From positions 1-64,000 of IMG/VR virus record IMGVR_UViG_3300042350_004191: a DNA stretch of 64,000 nt. The stretch is one strand, 5' to 3'. The notes beneath the pieces are model-generated. The model had not been told where the DNA came from, searched no databases, and saw only the letters and a list, made by a program, of their open reading frames with translations. Of the stretch, positions 27,502 through 35,966 are shown in pieces. Within the stretch, counting starts at the first letter, position 1, and every line of letters starts with the position of its first letter. Both the position numbers and the translations under genes were made by a program.

Positions 27502-29499
27502 TTATTTCATCTCTGATGCCGCTTTCAGCACCAGATCATCCGACACTTGCCAACTATCAAGTGAAGAATAGAGCAACTTTACCAGATTGCTTGTAAAGGT
27601 CAAGCTGTTTTTCTCAGGTATTTTGATATAGTATCTGAGAGGAGCATATTTCTTGGCATACTCACAAGCACTATGAATGTCCAGTATGAATTTTTTGAAT
27701 TCGTTTGTATCTGACAAGGCAACGAACAGCTTGTTCTTCACAAGGCTATTGATCTTGCCACGATCCGGTGCATGGCTTGCCATCTTCAGCTTCTCAATGT
27801 CATAGTCAACAATGGTGTTGTTTATGACATCGTTGATAGGCTTACTACCGAGGGCTGCGATATGCTTGACATTACGCTCTGTCACCATACGGACATCGTG
27901 AATGTCGATGCCGAGGTATTCCAGAGCAGACCACAGATTGTCTTTGCGATTGAAGTTAGCGAGAACCTTGCCGTCTTTGTTCTTGAACGAACCAGCATCG
28001 AAATACCAGTCGTTAAGATTCTTGACCACATAGTATTTGGGAGCAGGTTCATTACCAGACAGATCAAATTGTTCTGCTTGGCAAGTGACGTTACCATCGT
28101 TACGAAGGAAGAACAGATTGATCACTCCCTTGAGGCGACCTTGACGAGTAACACGACCAGCAGATGCGCGGTTGGTGTTGACAGGATCAAGGTCAGAGGT
28201 CTTGTTGAAGATGTTGGCGGGGAAGCCAGCACCGATCAGATTGTTCATCTCGTCTTGAGTGACCAGATTGACAGAAGCATTTGAATTGGAATTCTGTCGA
28301 ATGAATTGGATCACACGCTTGTATGCACCACGCTTGAGGTCATCGTAATACCACAGAGCATTGTTATCCAAGGAAGCATAGCCAGACTCAGTATATTTTC
28401 TGCGACCATACATACGCTTGGAAACATTCTTGAGGTTGGGAGCATACGGATGGATGGAGCGGCGAGGCTCAGTAATGTCGATCTTGTTCCACATGACCTT
28501 ACCTTTGATCATACTGGAATTAAGGAACGACCATTGACCATGCAGCAAGTAAAGGGCTTTCATGGCATCCAAGAGGTTCGGAGAATCCTTGATGGTTTCC
28601 TCGACCTTTGCCAAGAAGTCTAACTTGACCTGTTCGATCTTGTCATTGAGTGCCTTGATCGTGGAAGGGCAATAGGACAGAGCCTCACGCGAAGGAACGA
28701 AATCCAATTCACCAATGTTGAAGGTGATCACCAGACCCGCCTTGCGAAGAATCTCATGGTGAGCATAGTCCATCTTGTAGCTGTCGATAGGATAGGTCAC
28801 ACCGCCCATGACAGCAAAGGACTGGTTCAGGCTATTGTAGGACTTCCAGAATCCACCAGTGAACATCGGCTTCTCATTGTCCCAATCAATCTTGCCACCG
28901 ACAATCGTAGGACGAACATCGAAGAAGCGGAATGATTTATAGACAGCTTGAATGAAATCATTGAAGTCTGTTTGCTTGACCGGAATCTGGATTGCTACAC
29001 CATTACTCTCAGTGGTCTTGTCCATAGACATGAGACTGATCGTAGGCATATTGTCAGCATTGAAGTAAGCATTGTAGATGCGCTTCTCTCCTTTGACAAT
29101 CGAAGTGATCGTGAAGTTATCCGTATAGCAGAAGGGAGATTTGCTACCCAATCCCAAGCAACCAATCTGTGAATTGGTGTTGGTCTTGGTCGAAGCAAAA
29201 TAGACAGCATAGATGTCGTAGATGTCCTCATGCTTGATGCCTGTGCCGAAGTCTTGGATAGTGAGCCAAGGTTCGATGGCATTAGGAAGGTGAATGAGGA
29301 AGGGCTGATTAGCCTTGCCAGCAGCAACCATCGAATCAGATGCGTTGCAGCCAAGCTCGCGGACAATAGCCAGAGGCTTGTCAGAGTAGAGGTCAGAAAG
29401 AATCTGGAACGCCTTACGCGAAGCCTTCATCTTGAATTGAGCCTCGTCAGTAATGTTTCCGATCTGTTCGATAGTGGTATCGGTATCGTTGATGATCAT
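27502..29499 (-). CDS. rIIA: RIIA-like protein (N-terminal GHKL/HATPase)
   Basis: LYSDKPLAIVREL..NA.DS, DFGTG, STK...IG.LGLGSKSPF and SREALSY motifs. Confidence 0.9.
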   Translation of the reverse strand: MIINDTDTTIEQIGNITDEAQFKMKASRKAFQILSDLYSDKPLAIVRELGCNASDSMVAAGKANQPFLIHLPNAIEPWLTIQDFGTGIKHEDIYDIYAVYFASTKTNTNSQIGCLGLGSKSPFCYTDNFTITSIVKGEKRIYNAYFNADNMPTISLMSMDKTTESNGVAIQIPVKQTDFNDFIQAVYKSFRFFDVRPTIVGGKIDWDNEKPMFTGGFWKSYNSLNQSFAVMGGVTYPIDSYKMDYAHHEILRKAGLVITFNIGELDFVPSREALSYCPSTIKALNDKIEQVKLDFLAKVEETIKDSPNLLDAMKALYLLHGQWSFLNSSMIKGKVMWNKIDITEPRRSIHPYAPNLKNVSKRMYGRRKYTESGYASLDNNALWYYDDLKRGAYKRVIQFIRQNSNSNASVNLVTQDEMNNLIGAGFPANIFNKTSDLDPVNTNRASAGRVTRQGRLKGVINLFFLRNDGNVTCQAEQFDLSGNEPAPKYYVVKNLNDWYFDAGSFKNKDGKVLANFNRKDNLWSALEYLGIDIHDVRMVTERNVKHIAALGSKPINDVINNTIVDYDIEKLKMASHAPDRGKINSLVKNKLFVALSDTNEFKKFILDIHSACEYAKKYAPLRYYIKIPEKNSLTFTSNLVKLLYSSLDSWQVSDDLVLKAASEMK

Positions 29500-29554
29500 G
29501 GTAGTAGTTTGTTTGTGGTTAGTTGTTGTAGTTGTATTTCATTTAACGTGGAGA

Positions 29555-29583
29555 AGTATGCCAGCGATTACTTGTAATGTCGA
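29555..29583 (-). promoter_or_regulatory. Boxed early-type promoter for rIIA-rIIB
   Basis: TCGACA-ttacaagtaatcgctgg-CATACT. Confidence 0.75.
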
Positions 29584-29673
29584 GAAATAATTTCGAGAAA
29601 GTTTTTGTTGGTGAGATAGTAATTCCTTGTAAAGTCAAGCTTTTTGTGATTGTCTTACAATCGGTGTTACGAA

Positions 29674-29708
29674 GAAAAAGAGCAGGGACTTTTGATCCCT
29701 GCTCTTTC
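29674..29708 (-). terminator. Terminator (possibly bidirectional)
   Basis: AAAGAGCAGGGA-CTTTTGA-TCCCTGCTCTTT. Confidence 0.8.
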
Positions 29709-30191
29709 TTGTTTTGTTTAGGGGGAAATTATCTGACCTTCAAATCATCCAGAATCATTGCTGGAAGATACTTCTGGTTGACAATGACAGTTAGTTCATC
29801 CATTCGAGTTTCAAGCTCTTTAATCTTTTTCGATTTGGCAAGACTCGAAAGCATCAGGACGAATACGATCAAAGTAATTGTGAATGAAAAAAGTATATCA
29901 GTTGTTTTCATTGTAGTCATGGTTCGAGTAATCGAGGTAATCATTGAACCGACCTTGCCGCTTGATCTGTTCGAGCCACGATTCATCCGTGAACTCAAAA
30001 ACTGATAGTGCGATAAACGAGGGTATCGTTGTTTTGCCAAACAGGTTGGCGATCTTCTCTATGATGTTGTGCATTGGATTTACTTTCTATTTGGTTTTTG
30101 TTGATGTTGTCCATGATCAGGAATGTAGTCCATCCGAATACGAATGCACCAGTTACCAGACCATAGGCAAAGGGTATGATGTTTTTCATGG

Positions 30192-30446
30192 TTAGTCAAT
30201 ACTTTCTGTTAGGAATTCTGGAATGTTTTGAATTGATGCTTCTGGTGCTTCAACAATGTCGAGAGCATCATACAGTTCATTGTATTTCACAAGACTGCAA
30301 AGATCTTCATAAAGACAATCTTTAGCGTGTTGAACCATGCTTTCATCATTCAGATCAACATAGTATCCCAAGTCTATATGAACCTTTCCCAATCTTGGAG
30401 CCTTGGGTAAGTCTTTGACACAATCGAATTCAAGTTGGCTATTCAT
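30192..30446 (-). CDS. Hypothetical protein
   Basis: ORF. Confidence 0.55.
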   Translation of the reverse strand: MNSQLEFDCVKDLPKAPRLGKVHIDLGYYVDLNDESMVQHAKDCLYEDLCSLVKYNELYDALDIVEAPEASIQNIPEFLTESID

Positions 30447-30491
30447 AGTATTGGTATGATATGATTTTTAATGTGGAATGTCAATTCTTTT

Positions 30492-30998
30492 TTAGCAGAG
30501 TTCCTTTTGAAGTTTCTTGGGTGCGCTCTTGATCGGAGAGTGTTCATGGTCGTGATTATGCAACCAGTTTGGATAGCTGAAGTATTCTCCGCAGAAGTCC
30601 ATACCTTCTTCGATATACGTCAAGCGAAACTCCCGACCAGTAAGCAGGGAAAGAGTTTTGACAATACCGATAGGAGGACTCCATGCGGTTTCAAAACCAA
30701 TACCAGTAGGTTCTGCATAGTAGACTTCACCGCCACCTTTGGTTCCCCAATTCTCCACGCACCAATCCCATGCGCTATCTGCACCATACTTGCGGATAAG
30801 TTTCTGACGCAACTCAAGTCGAAAGGCAGGGCTGTCGAGATTGTCATCCTTATCCGCTTTTTTGAGTGCGGTTGGGATGGGACGAATCTTTTGGAAAGAA
30901 AGGTTTCCCTTTTTGTCCATGTAGTCTTTGAGAACATCCAAGATAGAATCATTGGTATCCTCGTTTAACATTAGTGTATTGCTGCAATAGTTAGGCAT
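30492..30998 (-). CDS. DUF1281/YubB-type ferredoxin-like fold protein
   Basis: MPNYCSN, WCVENWGTK, FETAWSPP and Y.EEG..FCG motifs. Confidence 0.8.
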   Translation of the reverse strand: MPNYCSNTLMLNEDTNDSILDVLKDYMDKKGNLSFQKIRPIPTALKKADKDDNLDSPAFRLELRQKLIRKYGADSAWDWCVENWGTKGGGEVYYAEPTGIGFETAWSPPIGIVKTLSLLTGREFRLTYIEEGMDFCGEYFSYPNWLHNHDHEHSPIKSAPKKLQKELC

Positions 30999-31170
30999 GG
31001 TAGTATTTCTATTTGGTTTTTAATCTTCGAGTTCTTTCATGTTATCGACTACGATTTGACAAGCCATATCTTTGACTTCATCCAAGTATTCGACAAGACC
31101 GAATTGTGATTCGAGCATACAAATCAGGTCTTCCTGAATTTGTTCGCTGACTCTTGCTATTTGTTTTTTC

Positions 31171-31419
31171 TTACCCATTGAAGTATGTCTCCATTTCTTC
31201 TTTTGTTAGTGGTGTGATGTGTTCCACTTCCATGTCACTCATCTCGAATGATTGAAGTGAAGCAGCACCAGTTGTTTCGAGGAAGTTGTAGTCCAACTCT
31301 TGAATTGATCCGTCTGCATCTGTCTTGTTCTCCGCGATGACATCGAGAGAGAACGAGACTTTGTAGGTGTAGCGTTTCATGACAGGCGCGATTAGATCAA
31401 ATGTCGCTGTGCTCGTCAA
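31171..31419 (-). CDS. Hypothetical protein
   Basis: ORF in operon. Confidence 0.5.
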   Translation of the reverse strand: MTSTATFDLIAPVMKRYTYKVSFSLDVIAENKTDADGSIQELDYNFLETTGAASLQSFEMSDMEVEHITPLTKEEMETYFNG

Positions 31420-31726
31420 GAACTTTCTTTACGTAGTGCTCGACTTTGTTCCATGTCGTTCCCTCATTGGCATCCACATAGTTGTAGAGGTAATTGGAAA
31501 CAATCATTGCTTCGCGGGTAGTGAGATCTCTTGGAGCCTTGGCACAATAGTCTTCAGGTGTCCAGACTTCGAGATAGCATTCAGGATACTTTTGTTGAAG
31601 AGCAAAGAGTTCGGTTAGGAAATCCTGTTTACTACCAAACCCCTTTCCATAGTCCTGATCAGGATAGACCTCTTCGACTACTTGACGGATTTTCTTTTTG
31701 TTTACTTTTGGTTTCATGGTTTTCAT
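31397..31726 (-). CDS. Hypothetical protein
   Basis: ORF in operon. Confidence 0.6.
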   Translation of the reverse strand: MKTMKPKVNKKKIRQVVEEVYPDQDYGKGFGSKQDFLTELFALQQKYPECYLEVWTPEDYCAKAPRDLTTREAMIVSNYLYNYVDANEGTTWNKVEHYVKKVLDEHSDI

Positions 31727-31739
31727 TTGGTTTAATTGT

Positions 31740-32204
31740 TTATCCTACTTTCCAGTATCCATAGACACATCGTTTGCCGTCCCTCGAACAATTGTGGGTA
31801 TCATGAATGACCCCATCAATAAGGGCGACTAAGTGTTTGGAGACACTGAGAATGTATCGACCATGCATTGGAACCTCATAGGGTTTCATGTGAGCAGTGC
31901 AACCCGTTCCGATTCCCATGATAGGTGTCCACTTGGCTCCCATATGATCCATGATCTTCTTAATGGTGTTACGATAAACGCCTGATCGAGCCGAAGACTT
32001 GCCACGTTTGCGTTTACCTGTCCTTTCATTCGAGGACATCTTATTCACAAACTCATAGACTTCGAGGTAGTTCTTTTGAAAAGCAATTGAGATTGCTCGA
32101 ACAACACAGTCACCCGCAGATCCTTTGAATCCTGCTTCGTGTCTGCCCCCGTCATTGTATTGGAAGGCGAGTTGGTTATTCATCGGAACCCTCCTGCTTG
32201 GCAA
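31740..32204 (-). CDS. Conserved phage hypothetical protein
   Basis: YNDGGR..AGFKG..GDCVVRAISIA and H....IDG..HDT motifs. Confidence 0.7.
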   Translation of the reverse strand: MPSRRVPMNNQLAFQYNDGGRHEAGFKGSAGDCVVRAISIAFQKNYLEVYEFVNKMSSNERTGKRKRGKSSARSGVYRNTIKKIMDHMGAKWTPIMGIGTGCTAHMKPYEVPMHGRYILSVSKHLVALIDGVIHDTHNCSRDGKRCVYGYWKVG

Positions 32205-32367
32205 AGTCGAGGAGCAACTTTCTCAGTTGATTCCTTCGCATTACTGCTTCGAGGGTTTCGTCGTATTGAAGCTGTTCGGAGAATAGTTCTCGAATAGCTT
32301 GTTTGATTTCGGTGGTAGTCATAGGCTGTCCTTTGTATCAGATTACTTGTAAAGGTCAAGAAAAAAA

Positions 32368-32458
32368 TGCAGGGTATGGGAATCGAACCCATGCTCGTCC
32401 CTCATCTAGGGAACACAGATTATAAGTCTGTCGGTGCTTCCAGTTACACTAACCCTGC
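32368..32458 (-). tRNA. tRNA-Ile(UAU) with long variable arm (91 nt)
   Basis: GCAGGGT/ACCCTGC-A acceptor; anticodon arm ACAGA-CTTATAA-TCTGT; variable arm GTTCCCT-AGATG-AGGGAC. Confidence 0.85.
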
Positions 32459-32467
32459 TGGAAATTG

Positions 32468-32540
32468 TGGGGCGGGAGGGAGTCGAACCCCCAACCAAGC
32501 GATTATGAGCCGCCTGCTCTAACCATTGAGCTACCACCCC
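32468..32540 (-). tRNA. tRNA-Ile2(CAU, lysidine type); elongator Met less likely
   Basis: GGTTAGAGCAGGCGGCTCATAATCGCTTGGT closely resembles bacterial ileX-type tRNA as recalled. Confidence 0.8.
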
Positions 32541-32558
32541 AAATAAAATGTAAAAGAG

Positions 32559-32632
32559 CGTCTCCATCTGGGATCGAACCAGAAACCTACAGCTTAGAAG
32601 GCTGTTGCTCTATCCAGTTGAGCTATGGAGAC
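32559..32632 (-). tRNA. tRNA-Arg(UCU)
   Basis: Anticodon arm ACAGC-CTTCTAA-GCTGT. Confidence 0.93.
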
Positions 32633-32638
32633 AAAGGG

Positions 32639-32721
32639 TAGCGAAGGTGGGACTCGAACCCACACGCTGTTGCCAGCAACGGATTTTAAGTCCGTTGTGT
32701 CTGCCATTTCACCACTTCGCC
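32639..32721 (-). tRNA. tRNA-Leu(UAA)
   Basis: Anticodon arm ACGGA-CTTAAAA-TCCGT; long variable arm. Confidence 0.93.
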
Positions 32722-32730
32722 ATAAAGTTT

Positions 32731-32919
32731 TCATCCTCTTAAAAGTCTTTTGATATCACATTTGCATTTAGCATAGTGAGGGCATCCATTGCAATACCTG
32801 TAATTGTCGAGATAGATATCTGGACGGATACAAGTTTCATGTAGGAGAGGTTTATCATCACCAGTCTCGGAAAGGATTTTACTGGTAATATCGTATTTCG
32901 GTTTTCGTTTGCGACCCAT
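32731..32919 (-). CDS. Small Cys-rich protein
   Basis: C...CNGCPHY..CKC. Confidence 0.55.
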   Translation of the reverse strand: MGRKRKPKYDITSKILSETGDDKPLLHETCIRPDIYLDNYRYCNGCPHYAKCKCDIKRLLRG

Positions 32920-33173
32920 ATTACTGTTAATCTGATTTACTCGTAAAATCTTAGATTACTAATAAAAGTTTTACAAGTAAAAAATTCAGATAGTTTTACA
33001 GGTTATAAGGATTATGAGTAAAAGTTCCATTACAATTAATCCAATTGGAACTGTTTTATATTTCTGGTTACATGTAATTTCGAGCATCGTCTTCATAACA
33101 AGTAAATTAGGGAGGGACAATTACAATTAAAAATCAATCGAATTATAATTAATCCCTCCCTATTTATGTTAGA

Positions 33174-33401
33174 TTAAGCCCACTCAGGACCAATCAGTTG
33201 AACACCACTCTTACCCAAGCGAGCCTTATAAACAGACTCACCTTCTTCCTTAGAGTTACGGGCAACTCTACGTGAGGGCATTAACAGTGCATTTTGAAGC
33301 TTACGAGTATAGTCATAACGACGATCCTTGTGAAGGAATTCACCAGTCTCATTGTTACGAACAACCCACATAAGCTTATTCGTCTTTTTGGTTTTGTTCA
33401 T
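33174..33401 (-). CDS. Early hypothetical basic protein
   Basis: Promoter at 33412-33440, TTGACA-tgacaagtaatctatag-TAATCT. Confidence 0.65.
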   Translation of the reverse strand: MNKTKKTNKLMWVVRNNETGEFLHKDRRYDYTRKLQNALLMPSRRVARNSKEEGESVYKARLGKSGVQLIGPEWA

Positions 33402-33684
33402 ATCGGCCCTAAGATTACTATAGATTACTTGTCATGTCAATGAGTTTTTTCAAAATACTTTCGGATCCCCAATTGTAAGACAATCAGTTTTTTCTTGACA
33501 CAGGACTCGATTTTTAGTAGGAACTAAATTGTAAGACAATCATTTTTTCCTTGACTTGTATTCAGATTTTTAGTAGCCAGAAATCTCTTTGTCTTACAAT
33601 CTACTGGTTCTATTTGAGATTTAAATCCTATTTTAATTGGATTTTACTGATTGTAAGACATTCAGTTTGTAAGACAATCAATTA

Positions 33685-33790
33685 TTCAAACGATTGTTTG
33701 TTGACTTTCAAACGATTGTATGGAATCTTTCAAACGACTGTTAGACATATTCAAACGTATGTTTAATAAATTCAAACGTATGTTTAATTA
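33685..33790. repeat. Five phased TTCAAACG direct repeats (iteron-like)
   Basis: Starts at 33685, 33707, 33729, 33750 and 33771 (periods 22, 22, 21, 21); followed by a very AT-rich tract. Confidence 0.85.
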
Positions 33791-34153
33791 TATTAATTGT
33801 AATACATTTAATATAAACGACTTACGGCTATCAGATTACTAATATAATAAAAATTACATTAAAAATTTAAAAAAAATTAGTTGTAAAAAAATAAAAAAGT
33901 GAGTCTAATATAATTTTCTTTTATTATTTCTACTCTGTTAGACCCTTCAAAGACATACCATTCCTGTCTGAACCAACCCTGAAACTTATTTGGAACCTTT
34001 TAATCCTACTTCTTAAATGCTTTTCTATTATTATATCTTTGTTCTTCTGTTGGATCAGTAGAACAATTTATACATACCAAGCAATATAAGAAGAAAAATA
34101 TGATGGCTAATGGGTGCATTACATTTTATCTCTTAAAGATATTTACAATAGCC

Positions 34154-34396
34154 TTATACAGAATGGTAGAAATTGAAACCGAAATATAGGTTTTTACCAT
34201 TGGTTAGGAATTTTGGAATAGGGATAAATTCTTCTGAGTTACCTTTTCCTTCTTCCATGAGTCTCATGTATTCTTTCTCTGATTCTGTATTTCCTTTCTC
34301 GGCTATTCTTACTGCATTATAGTTTTCGTATTGCTCATAATAGCTTTCACAATATTCTATTGCTTCTTGGGTTATCAATGGATTGTTAGGATTCAT
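34154..34396 (-). CDS. Hypothetical protein
   Basis: ORF. Confidence 0.55.
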   Translation of the reverse strand: MNPNNPLITQEAIEYCESYYEQYENYNAVRIAEKGNTESEKEYMRLMEEGKGNSEEFIPIPKFLTNGKNLYFGFNFYHSV

Positions 34397-34588
34397 TGCT
34401 CTATTATATTATGTTTTAATGCAACAGCAAGTTTTATTGTGACAGAAACCAGTGCTGTATTCTAACAAGGTGTTGTATTAAAACAGGAAGGTCTATATTC
34501 GGTCTATTATAATTTTATTACTTTAGGGTAAAAATAGATTCAAATACTTTATATTGAAAGACTTATATCATTTATGCGGTGAATAAGG

Positions 34589-34912
34589 CTAATAATCTCC
34601 GCAATCTTTTCTGCCTTTTTTGAAAGGTTTTTTCTTGTTTTTGAATACTTTTTTGGTATTTTGGGCAACTTTTTGGGGTGGTTCTATGGTTCTTTCTACC
34701 AGATTTCGCTCATAGATTTCCTCATAGGCACTGATCCAGTCCTGACCTTTTTCTCTTCCAAGCTGGTAAAGGAAGGTATGAACCGAATCCAGACTTGGGT
34801 AATAGTTGTCTGAAAGGAATGTCTTCCAGTCGAATTGTTCGAGGCTTTCTCTATATTGTTCTATGTTGGCTGGCACATAGAAGTCTTCCAGATGTCTAAT
34901 CATTGAGGGCAT
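34589..34912 (-). CDS. Hypothetical protein
   Basis: ORF. Confidence 0.55.
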   Translation of the reverse strand: MPSMIRHLEDFYVPANIEQYRESLEQFDWKTFLSDNYYPSLDSVHTFLYQLGREKGQDWISAYEEIYERNLVERTIEPPQKVAQNTKKVFKNKKKPFKKGRKDCGDY

Positions 34913-34918
34913 AAAAGA

Positions 34919-35227
34919 TTATCTTTGGCAACACTTTTCTTTATTGCAGCCTGTCTTCTTTCTCTTGTATGATACCGAAGAACCATTTCCTATAAGTGCA
35001 AGGAGAACCAGTGCAGCGAACCAGTTTGTCCATGTATAGAGAATGGCTGTCTGGAATAATGTATTGACACACCAGATAAAGATAATCGGAACAAAATAGA
35101 TTGTCAGTAAAACCAGTGCGAATACAAATAATAGGCTGATTAGTCTTGTGATCATAAAATTATTTTCCTGCATGTTTTGAGAGAAACATGACTTTCTTTG
35201 GGTTGATATCCACCAACTCTTTGCCAT
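34919..35227 (-). CDS. Two-TM membrane protein (true start probably MITRLIS)
   Basis: Hydrophobic segments; WCVNTLF motif. Confidence 0.55.
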   Translation of the reverse strand: MAKSWWISTQRKSCFSQNMQENNFMITRLISLLFVFALVLLTIYFVPIIFIWCVNTLFQTAILYTWTNWFAALVLLALIGNGSSVSYKRKKTGCNKEKCCQR

Positions 35228-35594
35228 ACATTATTTTTGATACGAGTCTGTCTTGTCTTCCATGATAGAGGACAAAGTATCTTTGATCGCCTTTGATCCT
35301 TGTATGGTGGTTGATTATATATCTCAATTGTTTAGAGATGGTCTGAAGCATAGGGTTGATCACCGAAAGGTTTGGCTTCCGAAATTGTTACCTTTACAGA
35401 AGCACCCCTTCCACCAAAGCTCTTGATATCTTGGTTGAAATTATCATCGGCTTTTTGGGTTTCTTTAATCTCATCGGTTTCTTCAATATCATCAATAACA
35501 AGATTAAGTTCATCTTGTTCATTATATTCTGTAATAATTTGTTCGTCTTTTTTACTCATAGTATTATATATTCTTACACAGTTTTACTGATTTG

Positions 35595-35966
35595 TCAAGG
35601 GGTAGTTTTTAAAAGTTCTGGATTCTCATGGTTATTGCCCAAGACTTCAATAGGATTATCATAGAGATAAAGGGAATGTAACCACTGGAAGGACAAGGTT
35701 CCTTCGGGTTCGATTAGTTCTGCAACAAAGGCAGCATGTTTATATTTGATGATGGCTTGCCTTTTACTGTTTGCCCATATGAATTCTATAATATCCCCTT
35801 CAAAGAGTTCATGGCCGCTTTGGGTTCTCATCTCTGTTGATTGTTGGAGATTACCCTTGAGATCATTTGGAATCGTGCTGAAGTCTGATTCCATGTCAAA
35901 GTAATTGAATTTATTATTCGGATTATCCCATAGCCGAAAATGGAAGGATCTTTTCATGGTAAACAT
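35595..35966 (-). CDS. YopX family protein
   Basis: FRLWD, ELFEGDII and EVLGNNHENPELL motifs. Confidence 0.85.
   Translation of the reverse strand: MFTMKRSFHFRLWDNPNNKFNYFDMESDFSTIPNDLKGNLQQSTEMRTQSGHELFEGDIIEFIWANSKRQAIIKYKHAAFVAELIEPEGTLSFQWLHSLYLYDNPIEVLGNNHENPELLKTTP

Larger units (their letters stand above)
17095..33680. repeat. Dispersed TTGTAAGACAAT box family (~27 intergenic copies, both orientations)
   Basis: Clusters at 17095-17325, 18178-18308, 18757-18900, 19357, 20610-20688, 23177-23271, 26007, 29649 and 33473-33680; a few copies inside ORFs (23766, 24101, 25786). Confidence 0.9.

Noticed and set aside
26172-27596. 474-aa plus-strand ORF
   Set aside because: Antisense shadow of rIIB caused by codon bias; no motifs. 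The same applies to 19379-20200, 17468-18139 and other + ORFs in the GC-rich block
14700-33450. GC-rich block as an inserted prophage, ICE or chimeric contig
   Set aside because: No integrase or att sites seen; it contains T4-like rIIA/B and tRNAs; its promoter box recurs in the AT-rich DNA (38188, 42485, 45115). A misjoin at 14.6 kb cannot be fully excluded without reads
17095-33680. TGTAAGACAA repeats as a CRISPR array or mini-arrays
   Set aside because: The core is only ~12 bp, occurs in both orientations with irregular spacing, and no cas gene is in the window
33685-33790. TTCAAACG repeats as a CRISPR array
   Set aside because: The 21-22 bp period is far too short for repeat plus spacer
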